The notes under the pieces: model-generated
The model's input: the letters and a program-made list of their open reading frames with translations, nothing else
Database searches by the model: none
What the model was told of the DNA's origin: nothing
Part shown: in pieces, positions 16,899-26,719 of the stretch
Numbering within the stretch: position 1 is the first letter of the stretch
Layout: every line of letters begins with the position of its first letter
Made by a program: the position numbers and the translations under genes
NCBI GenBank assembly: GCA_965277715.1
Contig: OZ255836.1
Span: forward strand, 576,001 to 640,000
Direction of reading: 5' to 3'
From: Gammaproteobacteria bacterium
GTDB lineage: Bacteria; Pseudomonadota; Gammaproteobacteria; JBCCGL01
Length of the DNA stretch: 64,000 nt

Positions 16899-17661
16899 TT
16901 ATCGAGTGTATTTTTTTCGATATTTACCCGGTGGTAAATTAAAATATTTTTTAAAGGCGTCAGAGAAATAGTTGGGATTTTTGTAGCCAACCCGATAGCC
17001 AATATTCTCAATGGGCAGCCCGGTTTTCCTACAGAGCCTTTCGGCTTCTTTCATGCGCTTCTCAACTAACCACTGGTGAATACCCATACCCAATATGTTT
17101 TTAGAAGCTTGCGCCAGTGTATTCCGATTAGTCCCTATTTTATGGGCCAGGTCTTTCTGAGAGCAGTTTAACGATAGATCGACTAACAGATGCTGGCAGG
17201 CTTTTTGTACTAGTTTTTGCTCGGCGTTCTGTGTCTTTTTCTCTACACTATCCGCTGCAGAAATATAATTCTGCGCAATTGATCTGCTGCCCTCCCGGTG
17301 GTTCCGGGTGTTATGGCGGCTGAGGCAGGATCTAACCCGAATAAGCCATTCGGGGGAAACAACAGGGTACGCAATGTAATCCCATACATCGAGGGAGAAA
17401 ACACGCTCTCTCGATTCCAGGTTATCAATTAGCGCCAGAATAGCCGTGCTATCAGGTTTTTTCCTTGTTATTGAAACTAACGGGTCAAAATTTCTCAAGC
17501 AATCGACAATGATCAAATCATTTTTTTTTTTCAGGCTTGGCATCCCAATCCGTCAAAGTACAACGAAGCACCTCATACCCTTGTTTGCGTAACAACACTG
17601 GCATTAGTGTTTCTTCGCTATTTTCATCACTAACGATTAAAATATTGTATTTTTTATTCAT
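16899..17661 (-). pseudogene. Receiver-like + AraC HTH regulator, frameshifted at an A11 tract
   Basis: The 5' frame MNKKYNILIVSDE..LLRKQGYEV..KPEKKK* (17661-17518) joins DLIIVD..AraC HTH (VGYKNPNYFSDAFKKYFNLPPGKYRK) if the A-run at 17521-17531 has 10 instead of 11 bases. Confidence 0.8.
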
Positions 17662-17929
17662 AATTATTATTTTTACAACCTTACTGCCAGTAGATTAAAA
17701 ATACTAACCACGCCCCAGGAGCATGGAAAGATTCGAGACTCTGGCCTTAAACGCCTACCTATTATTGTTTGTATAATAAATCAGAGTGATTCGATAGGGC
17801 TAAACTCCTTAATAATAAAAACAGATACGAAGTTATAATTAAAAGGTGTTACCTGTCCTGATTTAAACGGGCATCAGTAAACTTAATTCTGGATCAAGGG
17901 TGTTTTTATTCGCAGGCGTTAGCCCTACG

Positions 17930-18195
17930 GTGAGTGAGTCAGTTTATTGTTTTCATGGAAATACGCTACCGCCCTACGAGTACAATCGTATAAAAATAAA
18001 AGCCATCCACACAGCCTTTTAAAGGTTATCCGCATTGCGTTGCTGTGTGGCACTCAATTGTTGAGTTGATTTAAAGTATATGTAGCCCGGTTTTTAGCAC
18101 TTCATTTTTTGTCATTGGTTTTTCATATTTTGTCATTTATTTATCTACAAATAACACCAGGGGGGAAATATGCCACGACAAGCTCTAAAAAATTA
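17930..18195 (-). repeat. Diverged duplicate of the rfaH promoter/leader (~16365-16685)
   Basis: Collinear shared blocks: ops, CTTTTAAAG, GTTGATTTAAA, -10 (TATACT at 18075-18080), two AATGACAAAAnnTGAA boxes with 21-bp period, TCTAAAAAAT. Confidence 0.85.
17962..17973 (-). promoter_or_regulatory. Second ops-like element
   Basis: GGCGGTAGCGTA on the minus strand, preceded by hairpin TACGA-ttgtac-TCGTA. Confidence 0.75.
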
Positions 18196-18365
18196 ATCTG
18201 AGATCAGGTGTAAAGGCATACCTGATAATAGTAGTACCATTTGGCGAAATGATGTGCAAAGCAGAGGGGAGGGGAAAGAGGTATAAAAAAGAGCCAAATT
18301 GGCTTTTCCACAGTAGATCAGTCCTGAACCCGACAGGCTCCTGATATGTATTAACCTGTAACTAA

Positions 18366-18614
18366 TTGTTTCAGAAGGTTTTTTCTAATGCATTAGCAAA
18401 ACTGAAGATCAACTGGGCGGAGAAACAGCGGAAACGGTGGGTAAAAAGTCAATGTCGGCATTTACGGGAAGGTAAGCATCATGGTGTTATTGATGCGATC
18501 AAATTGGTCTGTAAAGGCAGTCGAAGCAAGCTGTTGAAAAGAGAACGAGAGTGCTTTATCAAAAACCTACCAATATCGTGGGACAAACGGTTTTCAAGGT
18601 CGATCAGTAGGTAA
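18366..18614 (+). pseudogene. Transposase fragment (ISKra4/UPF0236-like)
   Basis: RKRWVK..LREGK..VIDAI..SKLLKRERECFIKNLPI resembles the C-terminal region of these transposases; short and lacking a catalytic core. Confidence 0.5.
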
Positions 18615-18715
18615 CGATAGCAGTTTGAACCACTACGGGGAAACCTGTTCAATACACTGAACTAAAATATGCTTTGGCTGCCTATCTGTGCTTATCATTG
18701 CAGGTGAGCAGTTAG

Positions 18716-19564
18716 GTGTTTTATCCAAAAAAATACGCTATGTGGTTGTTGACGGCGTTTATTGTGTTGTTTAACGGTGCTGTACTTGCAGTACCCGCTG
18801 CACAGTTGTGGGAACGGTGGAATCAGCATAACCCGGCATCAACTGAGACTATCGACCACAATGTGTGGGATGTTTTGCTCAAACGCTACGTTGGCGCGCA
18901 TCGGGATGGTATCAACCGCGTCGCGTATTCCAGGATTGGCAGCCACGATGCCGCTGTGTTAAAGACCTATATAAAGCAGCTTGGTAAAGTAAAAATCAGT
19001 CATTACAATCGCGACGAACAGCGCGCTTACTGGATTAACCTATACAACGCACTCACCGTTAGTGAAATTCTTGATCATTACCCCATCACCAGCATCCGCG
19101 ATATCCGCAGTGGTATTTTTACCTCGGGGCCGTGGCAAAAGGAATTGATAGAAGTGGAAGCTGAGGCACTCACACTGGATGATATTGAACACCGCATATT
19201 GCGGCCCATCTGGCGGGACCCGCGCCTCCACTATGCGGTAAACTGCGCCTCGCTGAGCTGCCCCAATTTACAGTTGCAGGCCTTTACCGCCGATAACACC
19301 GAGCAATTGCTGGAGCGCGGCGCACACGAATACGTGAATCACTCTCGCGGTGTCAATGCTACTCACAGGGCGTTGCAGGTATCCAGTATTTACGATTGGT
19401 TTGTTGCGGATTTTGGTGGCAGCGAGGCAGGTGTGATCGCACACATAAAAAAATATGCAGAACCGGCACTGTTGTCGAGGTTAAAAAACAATACCCGTAT
19501 CGATGATGATTTCTACGATTGGTCATTGAATGGTGTAAAGCGTGTAAGCGCAGAGCGCCGCTGA
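18716..19564 (+). CDS. DUF547 domain secreted protein
   Basis: Signal peptide, AYWINLYNALT, LDDIEHRILR, DPRLHYAVNCASLSCP, SSIYDWF. Confidence 0.9.
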   Translation: MFYPKKYAMWLLTAFIVLFNGAVLAVPAAQLWERWNQHNPASTETIDHNVWDVLLKRYVGAHRDGINRVAYSRIGSHDAAVLKTYIKQLGKVKISHYNRDEQRAYWINLYNALTVSEILDHYPITSIRDIRSGIFTSGPWQKELIEVEAEALTLDDIEHRILRPIWRDPRLHYAVNCASLSCPNLQLQAFTADNTEQLLERGAHEYVNHSRGVNATHRALQVSSIYDWFVADFGGSEAGVIAHIKKYAEPALLSRLKNNTRIDDDFYDWSLNGVKRVSAERR

Positions 19565-20487
19565 CAGGTCAGTTCAAAAACAGCCCGCAGTGCCACGGCG
19601 ATAATAATCAAGCTGCCACCGGCTACTGTCCAGATTGTTGGTGTTTCGCCGATAAAAACCCACACCCAAATTGGCCCCAGTGAAAACTCTAACAACATAA
19701 TCAAGGTAACTTCCGCCGCCGCCAGGTGTCGCGCAGCAATGATAAACATCCAGTTAACAAAACCGGCCAGGCAACCACCCCAAAACAGGCATAGCAGAAC
19801 ATCCTTCAGTGGAACAGCAATATCGCCCCCTTTTACCCACGCGGCGATGGCGATAATAAACAATGCTGACAGCAGCATTACCGGCAGCATTTCGGTTTGG
19901 CGTTTGTAACGCACGATCACCGCATACAAAGCAAAACTCAATGCGGTGATTAGCGCCATCGCATTGCCAAAACCCGAACCGATGCTGATTCCCTGAGCCA
20001 CCATAATACCCAGGCCGATAGCGGCACCGATCATGGTGATCAGTGTTGTACGGTGCAATTTTTCACCGAGAAACAGCCGGGCAAACAGCGCGGCAAAAAA
20101 GGGAATCGCACCGAGAATAAACAAGGCATTAGCGACAGTGGTATGGGTTAGTGCCTGGATAAAGGCAATCCCTGCAACAGCCGCCAGTGCGCCACCGAGC
20201 AGGCCCAGCCGACCGATACCGAAGGTGGTTTTTAACAGGCGACCACGAAAGCGAATGCTGACAATAAGCGCAACGGCCACGAACATCCCCAGTGCACGAT
20301 AGAAGCTGATCTGCCACGGATCAGCGGATTCGATATTGCGTTGAATCAGGCCACCGAAGCTAATAACCACTGACCCGGCGACCATCAGTAATACCGCATA
20401 GCGGTGGCGTGAATCGATTGCGTGGGGGAGAGTGATGTGAGTGGCCACCGGCGCAGTGTGCGCTTGCCTCAAGCGGGAAGCAAACAC
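19513..20487 (-). CDS. DMT/EamA family transporter
   Basis: About 10 TM helices in two EamA repeats; start uncertain; 3' end overlaps the convergent DUF547 gene. Confidence 0.85.
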   Translation of the reverse strand: MFASRLRQAHTAPVATHITLPHAIDSRHRYAVLLMVAGSVVISFGGLIQRNIESADPWQISFYRALGMFVAVALIVSIRFRGRLLKTTFGIGRLGLLGGALAAVAGIAFIQALTHTTVANALFILGAIPFFAALFARLFLGEKLHRTTLITMIGAAIGLGIMVAQGISIGSGFGNAMALITALSFALYAVIVRYKRQTEMLPVMLLSALFIIAIAAWVKGGDIAVPLKDVLLCLFWGGCLAGFVNWMFIIAARHLAAAEVTLIMLLEFSLGPIWVWVFIGETPTIWTVAGGSLIIIAVALRAVFELTCQRRSALTRFTPFNDQS

Positions 20488-20508
20488 TAATATCCACTAA
20501 ACCAAATT

Positions 20509-20563
20509 AACCTGAATTCCGCAGTTGAATCTACTGCGAGCACCTGATGCACTGAATATAAAA
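20509..20563. mobile_element. Partial MITE end (family of 49300-49478)
   Basis: AACCTGAATTCCGCAGTTGAATCTACTGCGAGCACCTGATGCACTGAAT matches the reverse complement of the right end of the 49.3-kb element. Confidence 0.7.
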
Positions 20564-20593
20564 TACCTTCACCCCTCTGTCTTCACTATTCAT

Positions 20594-21688
20594 TCAGGGC
20601 AATATATAAACACTATACGGTGACCAGGAAACCCATAACGGTATTTCTCCATCCAACGTAAAGCGGTCGATATCACGTTGTTGCTTCTGAATTTTGAGCT
20701 CTACGCCATCGCCGGTTTCTACCAGCAGCGTGACCACAGTGCCAATAAACGCTTCACTGACTACCGTACAACACACTTCATTGGCCTGGTTTTGGGCGGT
20801 GGTTGACAGTTCCAGGCTGTCGGCGCTGATAACCAGTTCCACGGTTTGGCCAATGGCTAATCCCCTGTTTTCAGGCTGTTGTGCCTGTACGTCACCGAGT
20901 GGTGTTGTTACGGTTATTTTACTTTCCGCCATTGCTGCTACTGTGCCGGTAAGGATGTTGTTTGAACCGACAAACTCCGCGACAAACCGACTGGCAGGTT
21001 GTCGGTATACGGCGCGTGGCGCGCCCACCTGTTCGATCTTGCCCTGGCTCATAATCACCACGCGATCCGCCATCGCAAAGGCTTCTGACTGGCTATGGGT
21101 GACGTAGACAAAGGTGATGCCGAGGTCTTTTTGCAAACGCGATAACACGCCCTGCATACGCACGACAAGGTTGGCATCCAGTGCGCTTAATGGTTCATCC
21201 AGCAGTAACACAGGCGGCTCGGTGACCAGCGCACGGGCGAGGGCGACACGCTGCTTTTGCCCTCCCGACAATTGCTCTATACGGCGCTCGGCGAATTCGC
21301 CAATTTCCATTCGATCCAGCCATATTTGCGCTTTTTTGCGGCTTTCATCTGCCGCTATGCCGCGCATTTTGAGGCCGTATTGCACATTTTCGATGACATT
21401 TAAAAAGGGAAACAACGCCAGTGACTGCCAGACTAGTGGGGTATTGCGCTGTGCCGGTTTGAGTTCGTTAATGCGTTTGCCATTGAGCCTGATCTCGCCT
21501 TCTGATGGTGTTTCCAGCCCGGCCAGCATCCTGAGTGTGGTGGTTTTTCCGCAGCCACTGGAACCCATAATCGCCAGGAACTCACCTTGCTGAATTTCAA
21601 GGTTCATTTGCGCCACGGCCACGCTTTCGCCGAAGCATTTGACGATATTGTCGAAAACTATTTGTGATTCTGGTTGCGGTTCTGGCAT
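20594..21688 (-). CDS. ABC transporter ATP-binding protein (PotA-like, TOBE domain)
   Basis: GSSGCGKTT, LSGGQKQRVALARAL, LLLDEP, VTHSQSEA. Confidence 0.93.
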   Translation of the reverse strand: MPEPQPESQIVFDNIVKCFGESVAVAQMNLEIQQGEFLAIMGSSGCGKTTTLRMLAGLETPSEGEIRLNGKRINELKPAQRNTPLVWQSLALFPFLNVIENVQYGLKMRGIAADESRKKAQIWLDRMEIGEFAERRIEQLSGGQKQRVALARALVTEPPVLLLDEPLSALDANLVVRMQGVLSRLQKDLGITFVYVTHSQSEAFAMADRVVIMSQGKIEQVGAPRAVYRQPASRFVAEFVGSNNILTGTVAAMAESKITVTTPLGDVQAQQPENRGLAIGQTVELVISADSLELSTTAQNQANEVCCTVVSEAFIGTVVTLLVETGDGVELKIQKQQRDIDRFTLDGEIPLWVSWSPYSVYILP

Positions 21689-21733
21689 GAATGAGGTCTT
21701 TTACTGGGCGTTTTTATCGGTTAATGCTGTCAG

Positions 21734-22540
21734 TCAGTCGACTTTATTGCGAGCGGGTTTGCTACGAACAACAAAAAATACCTGAGCAATGATAATCAGG
21801 GTCATGGACGTAACGAATACAAAGGTGCCAATGGCATTGATTTGTGGGTCGATGTTGCCTTGCAGAATTTCGAGAATCAGTACGGGAATGGTTTTATTCA
21901 ACCCGGAGACAAACCAGGCGACGGCAAACTCATCGAATGAGACGGCCATTGTCAGGCACAGTGAAGAAATTAAAGCGGGCCGGACAAAAGGCACGACGAC
22001 CGTTTTCATGGCAGCCCATTCAGAGGCGCCCAGGTTCCAGGCCGCCGCTTCGAGGTCGGCGTCCATTTGCTGTAAACGCAGGCGAACAATGGCCATGGCA
22101 AACGGCGCGCACAAAACGGTGTGGGCAATAATAATCGAACCAATATGCCCGGAGACGCCGATTCGTGAGAACCAGGCGAGCATCGCCAGAGCCAGAATAA
22201 TCAGTGGAATGGTCGGTGGCAGTAGCGACAATGCCAGGTAGGCGCCCTTGAAGCGGAACTGGTAGCGATAATCGGTATACGCGGTACAGAAACCGATAAA
22301 GGTAGCCAGTATGCCGGTACACAGCGAAACCAGGAGGCTGGTTTTCGCCGCGTCCCACACATCCGGGTCATTTAAAATGGTTTGATACCATTTGAATGTA
22401 AAACTGCCCAGCGGCAGGGTGGGGAAACGGTCTGAGTTAAAGGAAAAAATAACACTGGTAATAATCGGGGTAAATACAAAGCAGAATACCATTGCCAGGT
22501 AAACCCACAGAGACCATTTAATCAGGCGATCGCTATTCAT
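21734..22540 (-). CDS. ABC permease (PotC-like)
   Basis: TM helices and EAA loop LEAAAWNLGAS; start MNSDRL at 22540 overlaps the upstream stop. Confidence 0.9.
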   Translation of the reverse strand: MNSDRLIKWSLWVYLAMVFCFVFTPIITSVIFSFNSDRFPTLPLGSFTFKWYQTILNDPDVWDAAKTSLLVSLCTGILATFIGFCTAYTDYRYQFRFKGAYLALSLLPPTIPLIILALAMLAWFSRIGVSGHIGSIIIAHTVLCAPFAMAIVRLRLQQMDADLEAAAWNLGASEWAAMKTVVVPFVRPALISSLCLTMAVSFDEFAVAWFVSGLNKTIPVLILEILQGNIDPQINAIGTFVFVTSMTLIIIAQVFFVVRSKPARNKVD

Positions 22541-23391
22541 GGTTTTTTGGGTTGCCGATAGGCCAGTGCAATAGCGCTGAATGCCGCAATGAGTAGGGTT
22601 ACCATCATCACCACCGCGACCACCGCTGCCCGTGGCCACTGCTGGCCCGATTTGGTGGTATCGATGATTAAAATCGGCAGCGTGGGTGGTTTCGAGCCAC
22701 CGAGGTAGTAAGGGGCCACAAAATCGCCAAATGAGAGAATAAAACAAAATACAGCGCCGATAATTAACCCGGTTTTCGCCGAGGGGATCACGACAGTGAT
22801 AATGGTGCGTACAGCGCCTGCCCCCAGGTTGTGCGCGGCTTCAATCAGGTTTTTATCGATGTTGGCCAGCGACAGGGTTTGCAGAATAATCACCAGTGGC
22901 AGGGTCAGGGTCATATAACCGACCATTGTGCCAAAGCGGGTGTTGAGCATGGTGTAAGGGCCGAGGCCGAGCGTTTCCAGCAAGGCATTGATGACCCCGG
23001 ATTCAGCGAGGATCACATACCAGGAAAAAGTGCGCACCAGGTAGCTGGTAAAAAACGGGATAATTAATAAAAAAATAAGCCAGCGGCGTGTGTTTTCTGA
23101 GACTTTAAAGGCAAGCCCGTAGGCGGCGGGAAACGCCAGGCAGGTTGCCAGCAGGGTGGCCGTCACTGCCAGCACCAGGGTGAGCAAGTAAGCGTCCCAA
23201 AAATACCCACGGCTGAACATTTTGGCCCAGTTGGCCATCTCGAACGCTTCGACCATGCGGTAGTTCTTTACCAGAAAGAACGACATCGCCAGCATAAACA
23301 ACAGCGGCCCGATAAAAAACAACAATTGCCACACGATCACCGGCAAGCGCCAGGTGAGTGCATAAAGATCAAGCCAGGATTGCGGTTTCAT
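22537..23391 (-). CDS. ABC permease (PotB-like)
   Basis: IPFFTSYLVRTFSW, LIEAAHNLGA, WPRAAV. Confidence 0.9.
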   Translation of the reverse strand: MKPQSWLDLYALTWRLPVIVWQLLFFIGPLLFMLAMSFFLVKNYRMVEAFEMANWAKMFSRGYFWDAYLLTLVLAVTATLLATCLAFPAAYGLAFKVSENTRRWLIFLLIIPFFTSYLVRTFSWYVILAESGVINALLETLGLGPYTMLNTRFGTMVGYMTLTLPLVIILQTLSLANIDKNLIEAAHNLGAGAVRTIITVVIPSAKTGLIIGAVFCFILSFGDFVAPYYLGGSKPPTLPILIIDTTKSGQQWPRAAVVAVVMMVTLLIAAFSAIALAYRQPKKP

Positions 23392-23512
23392 AGTGTAAAC
23401 ACCCCCCAGCCCTCTCTTTTGTAAAGAGGGGGAGTGGTTTCGATAAATTGGGTGTTGGGGGTGTTTGCAAGCGAAAACACAAAACCAAGTACCACCGTTT
23501 TCCTTTCACTTA

Positions 23513-24649
23513 TCAGGCGTTTTTATACTCTGACCAGAAATCATTCCAGTCTTCCAGCGATTGCTGGCGGGGAATGTCGCGGTAGTGAATACGGCCTTCT
23601 TTGATGAGAGTAATCGGGTTGTTGGCGACCCCCTCAATCTGGCCGGTGCGTTTGGCTTCAGCCGGGTGTGATTGGCGCAGGGCGGCAACCCCGGATTTTG
23701 TAATGCAGAATCCGGGGTAAGCGCGCATATTGGCCGAGCGTACCTGGCCTGCCGGGGTCAGCATGTACTGGATAAATTTATTGACTATATCGGCATGTTT
23801 CGAGCCTTTGCCTATGCAATAGGACTCTGTCCATTGAATACCACCTTGTTCCGGCACGACTGAGGCAACCGGAGCCCCGTCTTTTTCCAGCACGCCGGTG
23901 ATCCAGTCACCGATACCGCACATAGCCAGCATTTCGCCATTTTTGAGTGAGCTGAACGTGCCGCCATAATCAAAGAAACCACCGACTTGCGGGCGTAGGC
24001 TCATGGTGGTTTTCTGCACTGCCTGCCAGGCGTCGTCGTTAATATCAAACGGGCTGGGTGTATTGTTGCCGTTATTGAGGCTCATCATGCCAAGGCTGGG
24101 CAGGTGCCAGTCGAAGTGGCCAACCTTGCCTTTGAGTGATGGTTTCCAGAAACACTGATAGCTCATCGCCTCTTTTGCGGTTACGGCGTCTTTATTGTAA
24201 GAGACGCCGAGGTGGCCGAAGCGCACCATCGTGGAATACAGTTTGCCGTCGGCCCAATGGCCGGGGAACTGGCGGAAATCGTCATACAGAAAATCATCGA
24301 ACGGGTAGTCTTGCGGGTTGAGTTCTTCAATATAACCGGCGGCGTTCAATTGTTGTACGAATTCACCATCGGAAAGGATGACGTCGTAGGTGCCGGGTGG
24401 GGATTGGGCGATCAGGCCCAGCATATTGTCACCACCCGCGTAGTATTTAGGTTTGAATTTAACATTGTGTTGCGCCTCGAACTCTTCGACCATATCCGGC
24501 TCGCCGTGTCCGTACCAGGCCAGCATATTGATTTCGGTGGGGGCCGCCGAGGCTTTGCGCGAGATCAGCATTGGCGCTGCCAGCGCACCGGCTGCCACGG
24601 CAGTCGATTGGATAAATTGCCTGCGGGTGAAGTTTTTAGGGTTTGTCAT
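23513..24649 (-). CDS. Tat-exported PotD-like solute-binding protein
   Basis: Twin-arginine signal FTRRQFI..AAG; PotD/PotF-like motifs (FEAQHNVK, PEQGGIQWTE). Confidence 0.88.
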   Translation of the reverse strand: MTNPKNFTRRQFIQSTAVAAGALAAPMLISRKASAAPTEINMLAWYGHGEPDMVEEFEAQHNVKFKPKYYAGGDNMLGLIAQSPPGTYDVILSDGEFVQQLNAAGYIEELNPQDYPFDDFLYDDFRQFPGHWADGKLYSTMVRFGHLGVSYNKDAVTAKEAMSYQCFWKPSLKGKVGHFDWHLPSLGMMSLNNGNNTPSPFDINDDAWQAVQKTTMSLRPQVGGFFDYGGTFSSLKNGEMLAMCGIGDWITGVLEKDGAPVASVVPEQGGIQWTESYCIGKGSKHADIVNKFIQYMLTPAGQVRSANMRAYPGFCITKSGVAALRQSHPAEAKRTGQIEGVANNPITLIKEGRIHYRDIPRQQSLEDWNDFWSEYKNA

Positions 24650-24752
24650 TGTATTTTCCTCCAGGTGGATTAAATATTGTGTGTTATTGGCCATTGGGTT
24701 TTATTTAACCACGAGGTCTGTATTTATGGCTGTATTTTATGGAACCTGTGTT

Positions 24753-26226
24753 TTATGGAACTTGGGTTATAGAGGGGGAGCCTATAACAGGAAAACAGTC
24801 TTCAGGCTTGAAATGCGCAAAGCTGTCGAGTGTTTGCCGGTTGCACTGTTCCTGAATGGCCGACCCGGGCTGTACGCAAGCGGATAATTTATAGCGGCTG
24901 CGCATAATGCGCGAGGCGTCAGTATCTTCGATACACACTGCCGCGATGCCCGCGACAATACCCCCTTGGCGTTCGACCAGGGCAACCCCGGCATTCATCG
25001 TACCACCGGTTTCGATCCATTGATCGACTAGCAGAACCCGCGTACCGGGTGCAAACGCAGGTTTGCGCATTTCCATCGTTTGGGTTTGGCCGGAATAGTT
25101 ACTCATATCGACTACATCGTAATCCACCGGGATCTTGCCGCCTTTGCGAATAGTCAAAAAGCCTTTGCCCAGCCGCACTGCCATACCGGCACCCAGCACA
25201 AACCCGGCGGCGTCGAAACCGGCGACGACATCAATCTCATCCCCGGTAAACGGTGCCAGCAGATCATCGAGCATAGCGTGAAAGCTGCGTGCATTGATAT
25301 AAGCGGAAGAGGGGTCTAGCCAGGCGTACTTCTCTCCACGTGAACGGGGTGCCATAGTGGCCAGGTAGTGGCGTTCGCTCTGCTCAATGGGGGGTTGCGT
25401 ATTTGCAGTGCCAAGGCTGGCAGATCGGCAGTAACGCACCAGGCGGGTCAGCCGTTGTGGGTCTATATTGTAGAAATCATTCGGTAAATTAATGCCGGTG
25501 GCGACCAGTACGGCATCCACATCCTGTGCGTAATGAACGATATTCTCCGGGGTAATGCCCGATGCCAGGGCCAGTGGTGATGGGGGCAGGGGCGCCGCGT
25601 CGAGAGCATCGCGAAATGTGCGTATTTTTGCCGTGTCAGCCCGCTGACCCGTGGCGATGCCCGAGGTGGTTACCACGTCCATATACTGTGCACCGAGTGC
25701 CGCAGACTGCGCATAGTCTGCCGGGTCTACCGTGCGTTGTTTCTTGAAGGCGATGCCGCCGAAGTACATACCCTGCCAGGTCTACCGTGCGTTGTTTCTT
25801 GAAGGCGATGCCGCCGAAGTACATACCCTGCCAGCCACAGCGCTGTTTGACGTTGTTTATTGCCTGCGCCGCGTATTGCTGTGTGGTATCAGATGACTCA
25901 TCAATACAGGCATCATCGGCCCAGTAAGCATCGACCGTACATCCGTCCTGCTGTAGCCTGGCGAGTATCGGGAAAGCCTCGCGACCGGTCACTGCCAGAA
26001 AATTGATGCCCAGCCAGAGCGCGGGAAAACGCTGGCGCGTAGCGTGGATAATCGGCAGAAACCGATCCACGGAAAAGTCGTGATTGATCAGGAATACCCC
26101 CTGGGCGCCACACTGCATCGCGGTGTTTACGTTACGTGTGACCTGATCAACGTCGACCACGTGAATGACCGGCAATACCGCAGGCCCTGTGCTCTTGAAA
26201 AATTTGCGAAATTCAGTGCGATTCAT
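24753..26226 (-). pseudogene. BtpA/SgcQ-like TIM barrel fused to adenine phosphoribosyltransferase, frameshifted by a 55-bp tandem duplication
   Basis: N-part VLPVIHV..GVFLINHD..WLGINFL..TTSGIATG..LALASGITPEN; C-part GFDAAGF..IRKGGKIP..RVLLVDQWIETGGT (PRT motif). Removing one repeat unit gives a 472-aa ORF. Confidence 0.82.
25724..25833. repeat. Exact 55-bp tandem duplication
   Basis: 25724-25778 equals 25779-25833. Confidence 0.95.
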
Positions 26227-26245
26227 TATCTGGACACCTAAAGGG

Positions 26246-26719
26246 TTAAACCGTCTCATTACCGGCAATATCCTCAAACCAAATGGCCGGTTGCTCGGCG
26301 ATAAAGCGCGCCATCAGGGCTTTACATTCGGCATCATCGACCAGCACCACCTCGACACCGTGCTGTTTGAGGAAATCGATATTGCCGGGAAAATTGACAT
26401 TTTCCCCCACCACCACGCGTTTAATGCCGAAATGGAGAATGGCACCGGTACACATCATGCAGGGGCTGAGGGTGGTATACAGATCAATCCCGGCATAATC
26501 ATCGCGCAGACCCGCGCTGCGCAGGCAATCGGTCTCGCCGTGCATCACTGCATCGCCCTCCTGGATGCGCTTATTTCTGCCACGGGCGATGACTTCGCCG
26601 TTTTTAACCATAACCGCACCAATCGGCAGGCCGCCTTGTTCAAATCCCTCGCGAGCTTCGTTGTAGGCCTGTTTGAGGAAGTCGAGATCGGCTTGCCGGG
26701 TGTCGGTTGGTTTTATCAT
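26246..26719 (-). CDS. Nucleoside/cytosine deaminase (CDA fold, FCY1-like)
   Basis: HGETDC and TTLSPCMMC zinc motifs, VVGENVNF, WFEDI. Confidence 0.9.
   Translation of the reverse strand: MIKPTDTRQADLDFLKQAYNEAREGFEQGGLPIGAVMVKNGEVIARGRNKRIQEGDAVMHGETDCLRSAGLRDDYAGIDLYTTLSPCMMCTGAILHFGIKRVVVGENVNFPGNIDFLKQHGVEVVLVDDAECKALMARFIAEQPAIWFEDIAGNETV

Noticed and set aside
22541-22747. Long N-terminal extensions in the ORF track (also upp 27054, 40325, 45723, 49444, 53105, 58475)
   Set aside because: They overlap neighbouring genes or the MITE; downstream ATGs fit family starts and translational coupling better
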